DNA from: Thermodesulfobacteriota bacterium
Lineage (GTDB): Bacteria > Desulfobacterota > Desulfobulbia > Desulfobulbales > SURF-16
DNA: 22,688 bases
Assembly (NCBI GenBank): GCA_039715015.1
Contig: JBDLIE010000041.1
Span: 1 to 22,688, forward strand
Direction: 5' to 3'
Shown here one piece after another: positions 1-7,799 of the stretch (positions within the stretch are counted from its first letter, which is position 1; each line of letters starts with the position of its first letter). A model generated the notes under the pieces. The model saw only the letters and a program-made list of their open reading frames with translations, did not search any database and was not told the origin of the DNA. Position numbers and translations under genes: made by a program.

Positions 1-108
1 GATGGTAAGCAGAAACTGTTTTGCTCTTTTCTTCACCCGATCATTGAGGTTGCTCCTTCTATTCGGGTGATGCTCATCCTGATCTGTTGCTTTTATCTGC
101 AGATGCAT
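1..108 (-). CDS. Possible N-terminus of a gene running off the left edge (partial)
   Basis: The minus-strand frame is open from ATG 108 (or GTG 36) to base 1: MHLQIKATDQDEHHPNRRSNLNDRVKKRAKQFLLTI. The basic-then-hydrophobic end resembles a signal/TM segment. Too short to confirm. Confidence 0.25.
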   Translation of the reverse strand, partial: MHLQIKATDQDEHHPNRRSNLNDRVKKRAKQFLLTI

Positions 109-543
109 GAAGCGCTTTTGGACATATCTTATAGTTCTTGATTTCTACCTGTCGGCCCTTCCCTATCTTGTTGGCGGATATGTTAAGATGGGTGAGGTTG
201 GTGCGGCGAGCTGCTGGAAACACTGTCCGAACTTAATGTTTTCAACCCGGTTTTATACTTTATGGCAGCCGGCTCCAACCTTATCTAGAGGTTGGTGTTG
301 CTCTATTAGCCTTTGTCGGATGGCAAGCTAGGTATGTTTCTAGATTGATGGGGTTTCTCTAGCTGTTTTTCGTGGCTTTAATCCTTGTCGCCTCACAAGG
401 GTTTCCCATGTCTCCACTTGATTGCCGTTGTTTTGGTCCCTCCAAGGGGGGCGGTCATCGTTCCTCTTGGCGAGAAATCTCGCCCTGGCTCTACAACTTT
501 TCTTTTTCTGCAAAGAGCACCAACGCTTTACGCTTTTTCATTT

Positions 544-1170
544 CTACCAAGCGTAGCCAACAAGCATGTCGACATGGAAGCCGCCGGCGTCAACCTCCTC
601 ATCATACATGTCGATCTCAGCTGAAGAGTAGCCAAGATTAACACCCACGTTGACATGGCGGGCAAAGGTCATATAGCAGCCCACAGAACCCCAACCGCCA
701 ACGCCAGTATCATCTTCGCTGTCTGTGTCGTGGTAGCTTCCAAAATAAAGATTGTCGGACTGGGTGATTTCCATCTCTCCATAGATGACGGCAAGCCCTC
801 CTGCCGCATAAATGTTAAAGCGTTCACCCAAGGGCCATATTTTCTTTAAGCCGAGATTGAGTTCAACCGTGGTGGCATCTTCGGCAAAATAGGTATAATA
901 ATAGTTGTTGCCAATCTCGTTGTCCTGATAGTCGGATTCGCTATCGTTTGAATAGATGAGGCTACCACTTAAAGATATGGGCCATGAATCCATGCCGAAG
1001 TCGGCCATTACACCTATTTCTACCTGGTCGTCAAAATCACCCCAGTCGCTATCGTCGAGCATCTTGACCCCCAGTAGAGCATTGACATTGCCCGTCCAGC
1101 CGGCAGCACAGACAAATGTCGGCATAAAAAAGAAAAGAAGCATTGCTGGGAGGAAAATTTGCTTTTTCAT
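544..1170 (-). CDS. Outer-membrane beta-barrel protein (small OmpA/OmpW-like porin fold)
   Basis: N-terminal signal peptide (MKKQIFLPAMLLFFFMPTFVCA), amphipathic Gly/aromatic beta-strands, acidic loops, C-terminal aromatic beta-signal (MLVGYAW), AGGAGAG RBS upstream. Confidence 0.85.
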   Translation of the reverse strand: MKKQIFLPAMLLFFFMPTFVCAAGWTGNVNALLGVKMLDDSDWGDFDDQVEIGVMADFGMDSWPISLSGSLIYSNDSESDYQDNEIGNNYYYTYFAEDATTVELNLGLKKIWPLGERFNIYAAGGLAVIYGEMEITQSDNLYFGSYHDTDSEDDTGVGGWGSVGCYMTFARHVNVGVNLGYSSAEIDMYDEEVDAGGFHVDMLVGYAW

Positions 1171-1217
1171 GACTCTCTCCTTGGCAAAGGTAAAGTAAGT
1201 TGGGTATGAATTTTATC

Positions 1218-1233
1218 TGATAATAAGTTATCA
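1218..1233. promoter_or_regulatory. Palindromic operator candidate TGATAA-N4-TTATCA upstream of the OMP gene
   Basis: tgataataagttatca has perfect 6-bp inverted arms, ~48 bp upstream of the OMP start codon. Half-sites resemble Fur-family boxes, but spacing is one base longer than the 7-1-7 consensus. Confidence 0.35.
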
Positions 1234-1472
1234 TATTACTCTATAAAGAGCCGGAAAAACATAGCTTCTCTAATTTGAAAAAATAAAGAACTTATGTGAG
1301 GCTCCCGATGTTTGAAGCCACATGAGTATGGCATGAGATCTTAATTTGTCTGTCTGAAGGTGCTTGTTTGATTACCTTCTTTTCCCTAGGCGGTTATCCT
1401 GCCGGGTTAGGGTAATAGACTATTTTGGCTTACCTTTCCCAAGATAGTCATTGATGCTACGGAGATATTCCT

Positions 1473-1733
1473 GTGTTACAAGATGAAAGCCTTTGGCTCC
1501 GGATCGCCCCTATCCCAGCTGCCAGCAACGATTTCCATGATTTGCAGGGGAGAGTCGCCCCGGGTCAGCGCGGCCGGGTTACTGTTCACCGGTTTGATCC
1601 CACCTTTCTTATTGTTAATCTGCCGGAAAGAGATACTGCAGAAGCCAGATCCATCGGTGATGGTGAGGCGGGACTGGCTGATACTACTCCGCTGGAATTT
1701 GCCGTCCCCCAGGACAGGCAGGGGGGGGATTGA
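1473..1733 (+). CDS. Hypothetical protein (86 aa), coupled to the downstream hydrolase
   Basis: GTG start preceded by GGAG; its TGA overlaps the hydrolase ATG (TGATG at 1731-1735). No recognisable motif. Confidence 0.4.
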   Translation: MLQDESLWLRIAPIPAASNDFHDLQGRVAPGQRGRVTVHRFDPTFLIVNLPERDTAEARSIGDGEAGLADTTPLEFAVPQDRQGGD

Positions 1734-2404
1734 TGGCGATGGATTTTAATTGTACTGAGGTAACCATCCCCTGTGAATGTGGTCAGCTGGAAGGCCGTCT
1801 TCTCTCTAAAAGTGATGCTCAGCAGGGGCCGGGCCTGATTATCTGTCCCCCCCATCCACTTCTGGCCGGCACCATGGACAATAATGTGGTTCAGGCCATT
1901 GCTCATGCCATGGTGGCCACCATGCCGGTCCTTCTCTTTAACTACCGGGCGGTTGGTAAAAGTAGTCATCCGCAGCCCGATTTGACGCTCTTAGAATATT
2001 GGCACGGCCTGGATGAGAGAAAGGAGTATGGGGCAGTTATACGTGAGGTGGGACAGGTCATGGAGTGGTCCCTGGGCTACTTTGCCGATTTCCATCTTCT
2101 CGGGTATTCGTTTGGTTCTTACATCGCCCTGCAAGCAATGAATAGCCAGGCGCTCTCCTATACTGCCATCAGCCCACCTCTGGCTGAGCATGATTTTTCA
2201 GCCTTGGAGAATTTGAAACGCCCTGGTTATGTTATTTTGGCAGAAAAGGATGAATTTCTTGAGGGCGCTGTCCAACAGGTGCCTGAAAACGTGCATTGCC
2301 TGCAGATTCTCAAGGGAGCGGATCATCTTTTCATCAAGAGGGAGGGGGAGGTTGCGGCTCGTGTCGCGGATTTTCTTCTGAATATTGAAAAAAGATCCTT
2401 GTGA
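1733..2404 (+). CDS. Alpha/beta-fold hydrolase (COG2945-like)
   Basis: CPPHPLLAGTMDNNVV (family HPHP-x-x-GG-x-M-x-N-x-VV motif), FNYR, nucleophile elbow GYSFG, C-terminal GADHLF catalytic His. Start could be TTG 1730, ATG 1733 or ATG 1739. Confidence 0.85.
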   Translation: MAMDFNCTEVTIPCECGQLEGRLLSKSDAQQGPGLIICPPHPLLAGTMDNNVVQAIAHAMVATMPVLLFNYRAVGKSSHPQPDLTLLEYWHGLDERKEYGAVIREVGQVMEWSLGYFADFHLLGYSFGSYIALQAMNSQALSYTAISPPLAEHDFSALENLKRPGYVILAEKDEFLEGAVQQVPENVHCLQILKGADHLFIKREGEVAARVADFLLNIEKRSL

Positions 2405-2558
2405 GGGAAGGCAGGCAGCCCTGGGCTTTTGTGTTCACAATTAGTTTCTTGTCTGTGGTGATTTTTCATTTCAGCCGCTTCCGCTGTCATTTGTCCCAAA
2501 AAGAATCAAACCAGAATCCCCTTTTGAAACCCGTTTGTCACTTTGCAGTAAGGCTTTG

Positions 2559-3923
2559 TTAGTTCTTTAGGGACTGAAGAGGCGCAGGGATACGGCCTCC
2601 TCGTCTGACAAATGTATCTGCCGATACCTGGCTCACTGCCATTACCGGAGCTTCCCCGAGGAGTCCGCCAAAATGGACAGAGTCACCTATGTCCTTGCCG
2701 GGGGCCGGGATTATCCGCGTCGCAGTCGTTTTATTGTTGGCGCAGCCAATCGCCATCTCGTCAGCTATAATGGCAGCCAGGGTCTCGGCGTTTGTTGTGC
2801 CGGGGATAGCTATCATGTCAAGGCCCACAGAGCAGACGCTGGTCATTGCCTCTAGTTTTTCAATGGTAATTGCACCAACTTTTGCCGCTTTGATCATGGA
2901 TGCATCTTCACTGACCGGTATGAAAGCGCCGGAAAGTCCGCCCACCGATGAAGAGGCAAAGAGGCCGCCCTTTTTGACGGCATCGTTAAGCATCATCAGC
3001 GCCGCAGTTGAACCGGGGGCACCGGGCATGGCAAGGCCCATGGTCTCTAGGATTTGGCCCACCGAGTCGCCCTCGGCAGGCGTAGGCGCAAGGGAAAGAT
3101 CGAGGTTGCCAAAAGAAACGCCAAGCTGTTTGGCTATCTTTTTACCAACCAGTTCGCCGGCCCTAGTAATCTTAAAAGCGCTCTTTTTGATCGCTTCAGC
3201 CACCTCGCCAAGGTCGGCATCAGGGCCGAGTTTTTCAAGGGCACGGCGGACTGCGCCAGGGCCGCTTACGCCAACGAGTATTGAGCTTTCGCTCTCTCCG
3301 GCTCCGTAGTATGCCCCTGCCATGAAGGGGTTGTCCTCCACGGGGTTGGCAAAGAGGACCAGTTTTGCGCAGCCGATGCCATCCTGCTTGGCAGTGCGCT
3401 CGGCAGCGTCTTTTATCACTTGGCTCATGGTGTAACAGCCATCCATGTTTATGCCCGCCTTGGTGGAAGCAAGGACAACCGAGGCGCAAAAACGCTGGGT
3501 AGTGGCCAGAACTTCCGGCATTGCCGCAATCAAGGCCCTGTCAATGGCTGTTTCACCCTTTTGGATCATGGCCGTGTAGCCGCCGACAAAGTCGACGCCA
3601 ATCTCTCCTGCCGCCCCATCCACGGCATGGGCAACCTCCACAAAGGCCGCAGGATCGGCCACGGGGACAACCTGGGAGATGGGGGTAAGGCTAATTCGTT
3701 TATTTACAATGGGCAGGCCATATTCATCCGCGACAAAGCTGGCTTTTTCGCTCAAGTTTGCGCCTTTTTTCAGGATTTTTTCGCGGACCTTGCGGGCGCA
3801 GACCGCGGGATCAGGGTCGGAACAATCAAAAAGAGAAATACCCAGGGTCACTGTCCTGATGTCCAGTTTGTCCTCGGCGATCATCCCTACCGTTTCAAGT
3901 ATCTCTTCATTGGTAAATTTCAT
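2559..3923 (-). CDS. UPF0210 / DUF711 PFL-family protein
   Basis: 454 aa with family motifs LDIRTVTLGISLFDC, EDNPFMAGA, DLSLAPTP, VGGLSGAFIPVSED, LEAMTSVCSVGLDM and C-terminal GGRIPAPLQSLKN; usual pairing with an upstream ACT gene. Confidence 0.92.
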   Translation of the reverse strand: MKFTNEEILETVGMIAEDKLDIRTVTLGISLFDCSDPDPAVCARKVREKILKKGANLSEKASFVADEYGLPIVNKRISLTPISQVVPVADPAAFVEVAHAVDGAAGEIGVDFVGGYTAMIQKGETAIDRALIAAMPEVLATTQRFCASVVLASTKAGINMDGCYTMSQVIKDAAERTAKQDGIGCAKLVLFANPVEDNPFMAGAYYGAGESESSILVGVSGPGAVRRALEKLGPDADLGEVAEAIKKSAFKITRAGELVGKKIAKQLGVSFGNLDLSLAPTPAEGDSVGQILETMGLAMPGAPGSTAALMMLNDAVKKGGLFASSSVGGLSGAFIPVSEDASMIKAAKVGAITIEKLEAMTSVCSVGLDMIAIPGTTNAETLAAIIADEMAIGCANNKTTATRIIPAPGKDIGDSVHFGGLLGEAPVMAVSQVSADTFVRRGGRIPAPLQSLKN

Positions 3924-3932
3924 GCCGTCTCC

Positions 3933-4223
3933 CTACACCCTGTGCATGTATTGGAAAACTTCCGAGTCCTGAACCGTCACAGTGAGAGACAGTTCTTTGA
4001 TCGACTCCTGGAGCTTGGTTGTGATCTCGGGCAGGCCGAGGCTTGATTTCACACGGTCGGCCAGGAGGGTCATGGCAAAAATTTCGTCATCAAGGATCTT
4101 CTGGTTAATGTCTATAATGTTGATATTGTTTTCAGCAAGAACGGTGGCTATTTTGGCAACGATCCCGACTTCATCCGTGCCGATTACGGTTACCACGATG
4201 CGTTTTTTATTCTTTCCCATCAT
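3933..4223 (-). CDS. ACT-domain protein (UPF0237-like)
   Basis: IVVTVIGTDEVGIVAKIATVLAENNINIIDINQ ACT signature and C-terminal VFQYMHRV; immediately upstream of UPF0210. Confidence 0.88.
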   Translation of the reverse strand: MMGKNKKRIVVTVIGTDEVGIVAKIATVLAENNINIIDINQKILDDEIFAMTLLADRVKSSLGLPEITTKLQESIKELSLTVTVQDSEVFQYMHRV

Positions 4224-4735
4224 TCATCCATCCTTTGTTGATGATAAATTTCTGAAATTTTCTCGGCAATTTCTTCCTGGTCGAGACCAACACAGTCAAT
4301 AACGAGTTCGGCATAGCGGTTATAAAGAGCCTGTCGTTCATTATATAAATCCATGAATGTCTGGCCCTTTGATCTGGCTATTCCACGGCTGCCGAAATTG
4401 TGAATTCGCTTTGTCAGTTCTTCATAGCCTACGTCCAGAAAAATGATTGTTGAAATGTCTTTTAGGTGATTCATTGCTTTTGCGCTGTAGACAGCACTGC
4501 CGCCTGTGGCAATGATGTGATGTGCAACATTGATTTTTAGGATTTCTTCTTCTTCGATCTTACGTAGATTGAGGTGATCGCTTTCATCGATTATTTGCTG
4601 TAATGATTTTTGGCGATTTATCTGGATCAGTATGTCTGTGTCAATAAAACCGCAGGCCAAAAACTTGGCCAGGATTATGCCGATGGTGCTTTTTCCTGCG
4701 CCAGGCATACCGATAAGTGTTAGATTTGATTTCAT
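4220..4735 (-). CDS. aroK: Shikimate-kinase-family P-loop kinase (substrate uncertain, see findings)
   Basis: Walker A GMPGAGKST, DTD, IIATGGS, LYNERQALY; stop overlaps the ACT start (ATGA, 4220-4223). Confidence 0.75.
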   Translation of the reverse strand: MKSNLTLIGMPGAGKSTIGIILAKFLACGFIDTDILIQINRQKSLQQIIDESDHLNLRKIEEEEILKINVAHHIIATGGSAVYSAKAMNHLKDISTIIFLDVGYEELTKRIHNFGSRGIARSKGQTFMDLYNERQALYNRYAELVIDCVGLDQEEIAEKISEIYHQQRMDE

Positions 4736-4882
4736 AAGATGATCTTATGCTCAACTGAACTCAGTCTTGTAGGGGCAGGCGACATGGAATAAAGGAGTCA
4801 TCTCTGGTTTCCATGTCTATTGATTTTACAGGAACTTAAACAACAAAGCCAAGAGAAGGCTTCATCCCGTTAATTATTATTT

Positions 4883-5075
4883 CTGATTACCATCGACCTT
4901 CAGCCGATTTTGATCATCATGGCAGCTAGGTGCTTGACCGGCTTGAAGTGTAGGAGCCCGCCCCTGCGGGCGATAGAGAGGCTATTTTTTCTTCAAGCCT
5001 TCCCCAATTCGCCCGCAGGGGCGGGCTCCTACGGTGTTTCGCTTCACAGGTGGCTGAAGGTCGATGGTAATCAGG
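4883..5075. mobile_element. MITE-like non-autonomous element with 23-bp TIRs and 8-9-bp target-site duplication
   Basis: ctgattaccatcgaccttcagcc (4883-4905) is the exact reverse complement of ggctgaaggtcgatggtaatcag (5052-5074). Direct repeat ttattattt flanks it at 4874-4882 and 5076-5084. No internal ORF. Confidence 0.75.
4950..5032. repeat. GTAG-family REP doublet (REPIN-like)
   Basis: gtaggagcccgcccctgcgggcga (4950-4973) and its exact reverse complement (5009-5032), 35-bp spacer. Each unit is GTAG plus the internal palindrome gcccgc-ccct-gcgggc. Confidence 0.85.
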
Positions 5076-5181
5076 TTATTATTTGAGTCTCTTTGGTTGA
5101 TGCCAAGAAACGAATATTTATAAACCAGCAAAGGGCAGCAGGCAGCTTGCACGTGAGGAAATCTCTTAGAGAGAGGAATGC

Positions 5182-6120
5182 CTACTCGATATTGGTGGAC
5201 GAGGTCAATAACGGCATTTTTTTAAGTAGGTCAGCCTGGTTTTTGAAGGTGAGGGTTAGAGAGATCTCATCTTTCTCAAAATAGGGGGAGTGTTGGACAG
5301 AGGCCCCTTGCGGGAGGTGAAGAGACCTGCAGAAATCCTTGAACTCCTGCTCGGCTTGGGAGAGGCGAGGAAATTGTTTTGCCTGGAGCCAGGCCATGAA
5401 GCGCGCTGTTTTTTGAGGGGTATTGAGGTCAGGGGTATTGAGGATCTCTTGACTTTGCTCACTGGCCAGAAAAGCGGCAATGGTTGTCTTGGAGCGGACA
5501 GCAACTTCCCTGCTGATCAAGGTTATCTTCTTTTGATTGCCCACCGAAAGTTTCAGGGCCATGATGATTTCAAAAAGGGCCATACGGTCGGTAAAGGAGA
5601 GTTTTTCCAGTTCCCAGGCAACTTTTGAATCCAGACTTCCAGCATGGAGTGACTCCTGGATTACCTCTTCGAGATTGTTTAGGCGCAGGAGCTTTTGGGC
5701 CTGATAGGGGTGGGCCTCAAGGCCAAGGAGGGGAAGAAAGCGGTGGGCCGCTTCGTCGAGGTCAAGCCAGGCGTTTATTTTCTGGAAGAAAATAGCCTGT
5801 TCAACCAGGCTAGGGGTTTTGGTGGCAATGAGCTCCTCAAGAAGCAGGGTGAAGGTCTCAAGGGGCGTAGCGCTCACCGGCAGCACTCGACATTCGCAGG
5901 TGTGGAAATGGAGTCTGCGAACGGCAAGGAGGCGACCTCTTCCCGCCATAATGCGATACCTTCCAGGTTCGACCTCATCGACAAGGGGCGGATGCAAAAT
6001 GCCCACTCTTTTGATGGAGGCGATAAGATGCTGTGGCGGCTCCAGGCAGGGGACTGGCTGCAGGAGGTAGGTCTCGTCCTGAAAATCTATTTCATTAATG
6101 GCCAGGGTGCTTAGTTGCAT
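5182..6120 (-). CDS. ParB/Spo0J N-terminal-domain protein (orphan ParB-like)
   Basis: LIASIKRVGILHPPLV and YRIMAGRGRLLA match ParB box I/II; followed by a helical HTH-like region (LLRLNNLEEVIQESLHAGSL). Confidence 0.8.
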   Translation of the reverse strand: MQLSTLAINEIDFQDETYLLQPVPCLEPPQHLIASIKRVGILHPPLVDEVEPGRYRIMAGRGRLLAVRRLHFHTCECRVLPVSATPLETFTLLLEELIATKTPSLVEQAIFFQKINAWLDLDEAAHRFLPLLGLEAHPYQAQKLLRLNNLEEVIQESLHAGSLDSKVAWELEKLSFTDRMALFEIIMALKLSVGNQKKITLISREVAVRSKTTIAAFLASEQSQEILNTPDLNTPQKTARFMAWLQAKQFPRLSQAEQEFKDFCRSLHLPQGASVQHSPYFEKDEISLTLTFKNQADLLKKMPLLTSSTNIE

Positions 6121-6191
6121 TGGTTCTCCTTAAGTGATAGCCATAAATACCTTGATCAGGCCGGTGCGGCAAGGTGAAAACGCAGCATTGC

Positions 6192-6220
6192 TTGCTGGAT
6201 AACGATGTGCTGGGTATGAT
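6192..6220 (+). promoter_or_regulatory. Candidate sigma70 promoter for the nucleotidyltransferase gene
   Basis: TTGCTG-17 bp-TATGAT, ending 26 bp upstream of ATG 6247. Confidence 0.4.
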
Positions 6221-6246
6221 AAAAATGTCAGCTGTTAATTCTTCCT

Positions 6247-7668
6247 ATGCCTAAACCTATGCAAGCCATCCTCGAAAAAATTGAAAGTCAGGCCCTATCA
6301 ATGGGCCGAGAGGTCTATGTGGTGGGTGGTGCTGTCCGTGATCTCCTTTTGGGGCGGCTGGCGCCAGACATTGATTTGGCCATAGATCGTGATGCCCTTG
6401 CCTTTGGTCGGCAGCTGGCCACCATTTTGCCTGGCAAATTTATCATTCTTGATGAAGGGGAAGGGGTTGGCCGACTTGTCTGTCACGGCCATGTTGTTGA
6501 TATTGCTGTCTTTAAAAATGAGTCGCAAACCATTGAAGAGGATCTGGTAAAGCGGGATTTCACCATAAACGCCATGGCCATCACCCTTGCTGATTGGCTT
6601 AGAAGAGAGTCTGCTCTTACCATTATCGACCCCTGCACTGGCCAGAAGGATATCCGGGATAGAGTAATCAGACTTGTCTATAAAGAGGCGCTGGAGGATG
6701 ACCCTTTGCGTATTCTCCGCGGTTTCCGTCTGCAGGCCTCCACGGGTTTTACTCTGGATCAAGATTTTGTCGATATGGCTGAGAGGGAGAAGAAACTTCT
6801 TGCCAAGCCTGCAGCTGAACGCATTACCTCAGAGCTTCATCTCATTTTTGATAGTTCACGGGCCTTTGAGATAGTTGGGGCCATGGCAAAAAGTGGTATC
6901 CTTGCCCAGGTCTGCCCGGAGATCATGAGCGGTTTAGGTGTGGAGCAACCTGCCAGTCATCATCTGGATGTCCTGGAGCATAACCTGGCGGCCCTACAGG
7001 CCATGGATGATATCATTATCAGGCCGGAGCATTATTTCCCCAAGTCTGCCACGGTTATGGCTGCCTATCTTGAAGGCCCCAGGCGACGACGATGGTTACG
7101 TTGGGCGGCGCTTTTCCATGATCTTGGCAAGCCTCCCACCCGAGCAACCAAAGAGGGGAGGATTACCTTCTACCAGCACGATCAGGTTGGGGCGCAGATT
7201 TTTAGGGATATGGCGAAACGATTAAGGTTTGCCAATATCGATATCGACAAGGTATCACTGCTGATCTCTCAGCACATGCGGCCCTTCCATCTCTGTAACA
7301 TCCTGCGCCAGGGACCGGTTTCGGCAAAGGCCTGTTTACGACTGGCAAAAAGTATTGGCGATGATCTCCCCGGCTTATTTCTTCTTGCCATGGCTGATAG
7401 TCTGGCTGGCCAGGGGGAGGCAAAGCCGCAGGACATGGAAAAAGAGCTGGCTCTTTTGTTTCAGCAGGTTCATCGGCAGGTTGAGGAGTTCATCGCTCCA
7501 GTTTTAACCGGGCCTCCATTGCTCACTGGTCATGATCTTATCAATGCCGGCTTTGCTCCCGGCCCTGCCTTTAAAAAAATACTGGATGATCTGCAACAGG
7601 CGCAGGTGGCCGGTGAAGTAGTGGGGCGGGCGGCTGCTTTCAAATGGCTTGAAGCGTTTAAGGAATAA
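6247..7668 (+). CDS. Class II tRNA nucleotidyltransferase (CCA/PAP family) with HD domain; probably CC-adding type
   Basis: VYVVGGAVRDLLLG..DIDL (motif A), EDLVKRDFTINAMA, DDPLRILRGFR, ERITSEL; HD domain HHLDVLEH...LFHDLGKP...HMRP; C-terminal LLTGHDL..G..PGP. Confidence 0.9.
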   Translation: MPKPMQAILEKIESQALSMGREVYVVGGAVRDLLLGRLAPDIDLAIDRDALAFGRQLATILPGKFIILDEGEGVGRLVCHGHVVDIAVFKNESQTIEEDLVKRDFTINAMAITLADWLRRESALTIIDPCTGQKDIRDRVIRLVYKEALEDDPLRILRGFRLQASTGFTLDQDFVDMAEREKKLLAKPAAERITSELHLIFDSSRAFEIVGAMAKSGILAQVCPEIMSGLGVEQPASHHLDVLEHNLAALQAMDDIIIRPEHYFPKSATVMAAYLEGPRRRRWLRWAALFHDLGKPPTRATKEGRITFYQHDQVGAQIFRDMAKRLRFANIDIDKVSLLISQHMRPFHLCNILRQGPVSAKACLRLAKSIGDDLPGLFLLAMADSLAGQGEAKPQDMEKELALLFQQVHRQVEEFIAPVLTGPPLLTGHDLINAGFAPGPAFKKILDDLQQAQVAGEVVGRAAAFKWLEAFKE

Positions 7669-7799
7669 GGAGTCTTTCTTTAATCATTTGACCTCAAATT
7701 TCCCCTCGTTGTAAGCTGATCTATAGACTTTTCGTGGCCGAAATATACTATTGCGGTGCACCCTAGAGAGCAGTGAATCTATCCTGCGCAGGAAGATCA

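Noticed and set aside
107..641. Plus-strand ORFs 107..331, 372..641, 385..624
   Set aside because: No motifs or clear RBS; two overlap the OMP gene antisense.
1473..1733. Possible ThiS/MoaD-like sulfur carrier because of C-terminal QGGD
   Set aside because: The GG is not terminal, derives from the G-run, and no beta-grasp pattern is recognisable.
1483..1749. Alternative 88-aa ORF overlapping 1473..1733
   Set aside because: It overlaps the hydrolase by 17 nt and lacks the RBS spacing and TGATG coupling of the 1473 frame.
2689..4302. Long plus-strand ORFs (206, 208, 106 aa)
   Set aside because: Antisense shadows of the UPF0210/ACT genes.
4769..4817. GTAGGGGCAGGC half-REP and 9-bp stem gacatggaa/ttccatgtc upstream of the kinase
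   Set aside because: The REP palindrome is incomplete and has no partner; the stem alone is too weak to assign a function.
4883..5074. CRISPR array or integron attC interpretation of the repeats
   Set aside because: The repeats are inverted pairs, not direct repeats with spacers; no cas or intI gene and no attC R-box ends.
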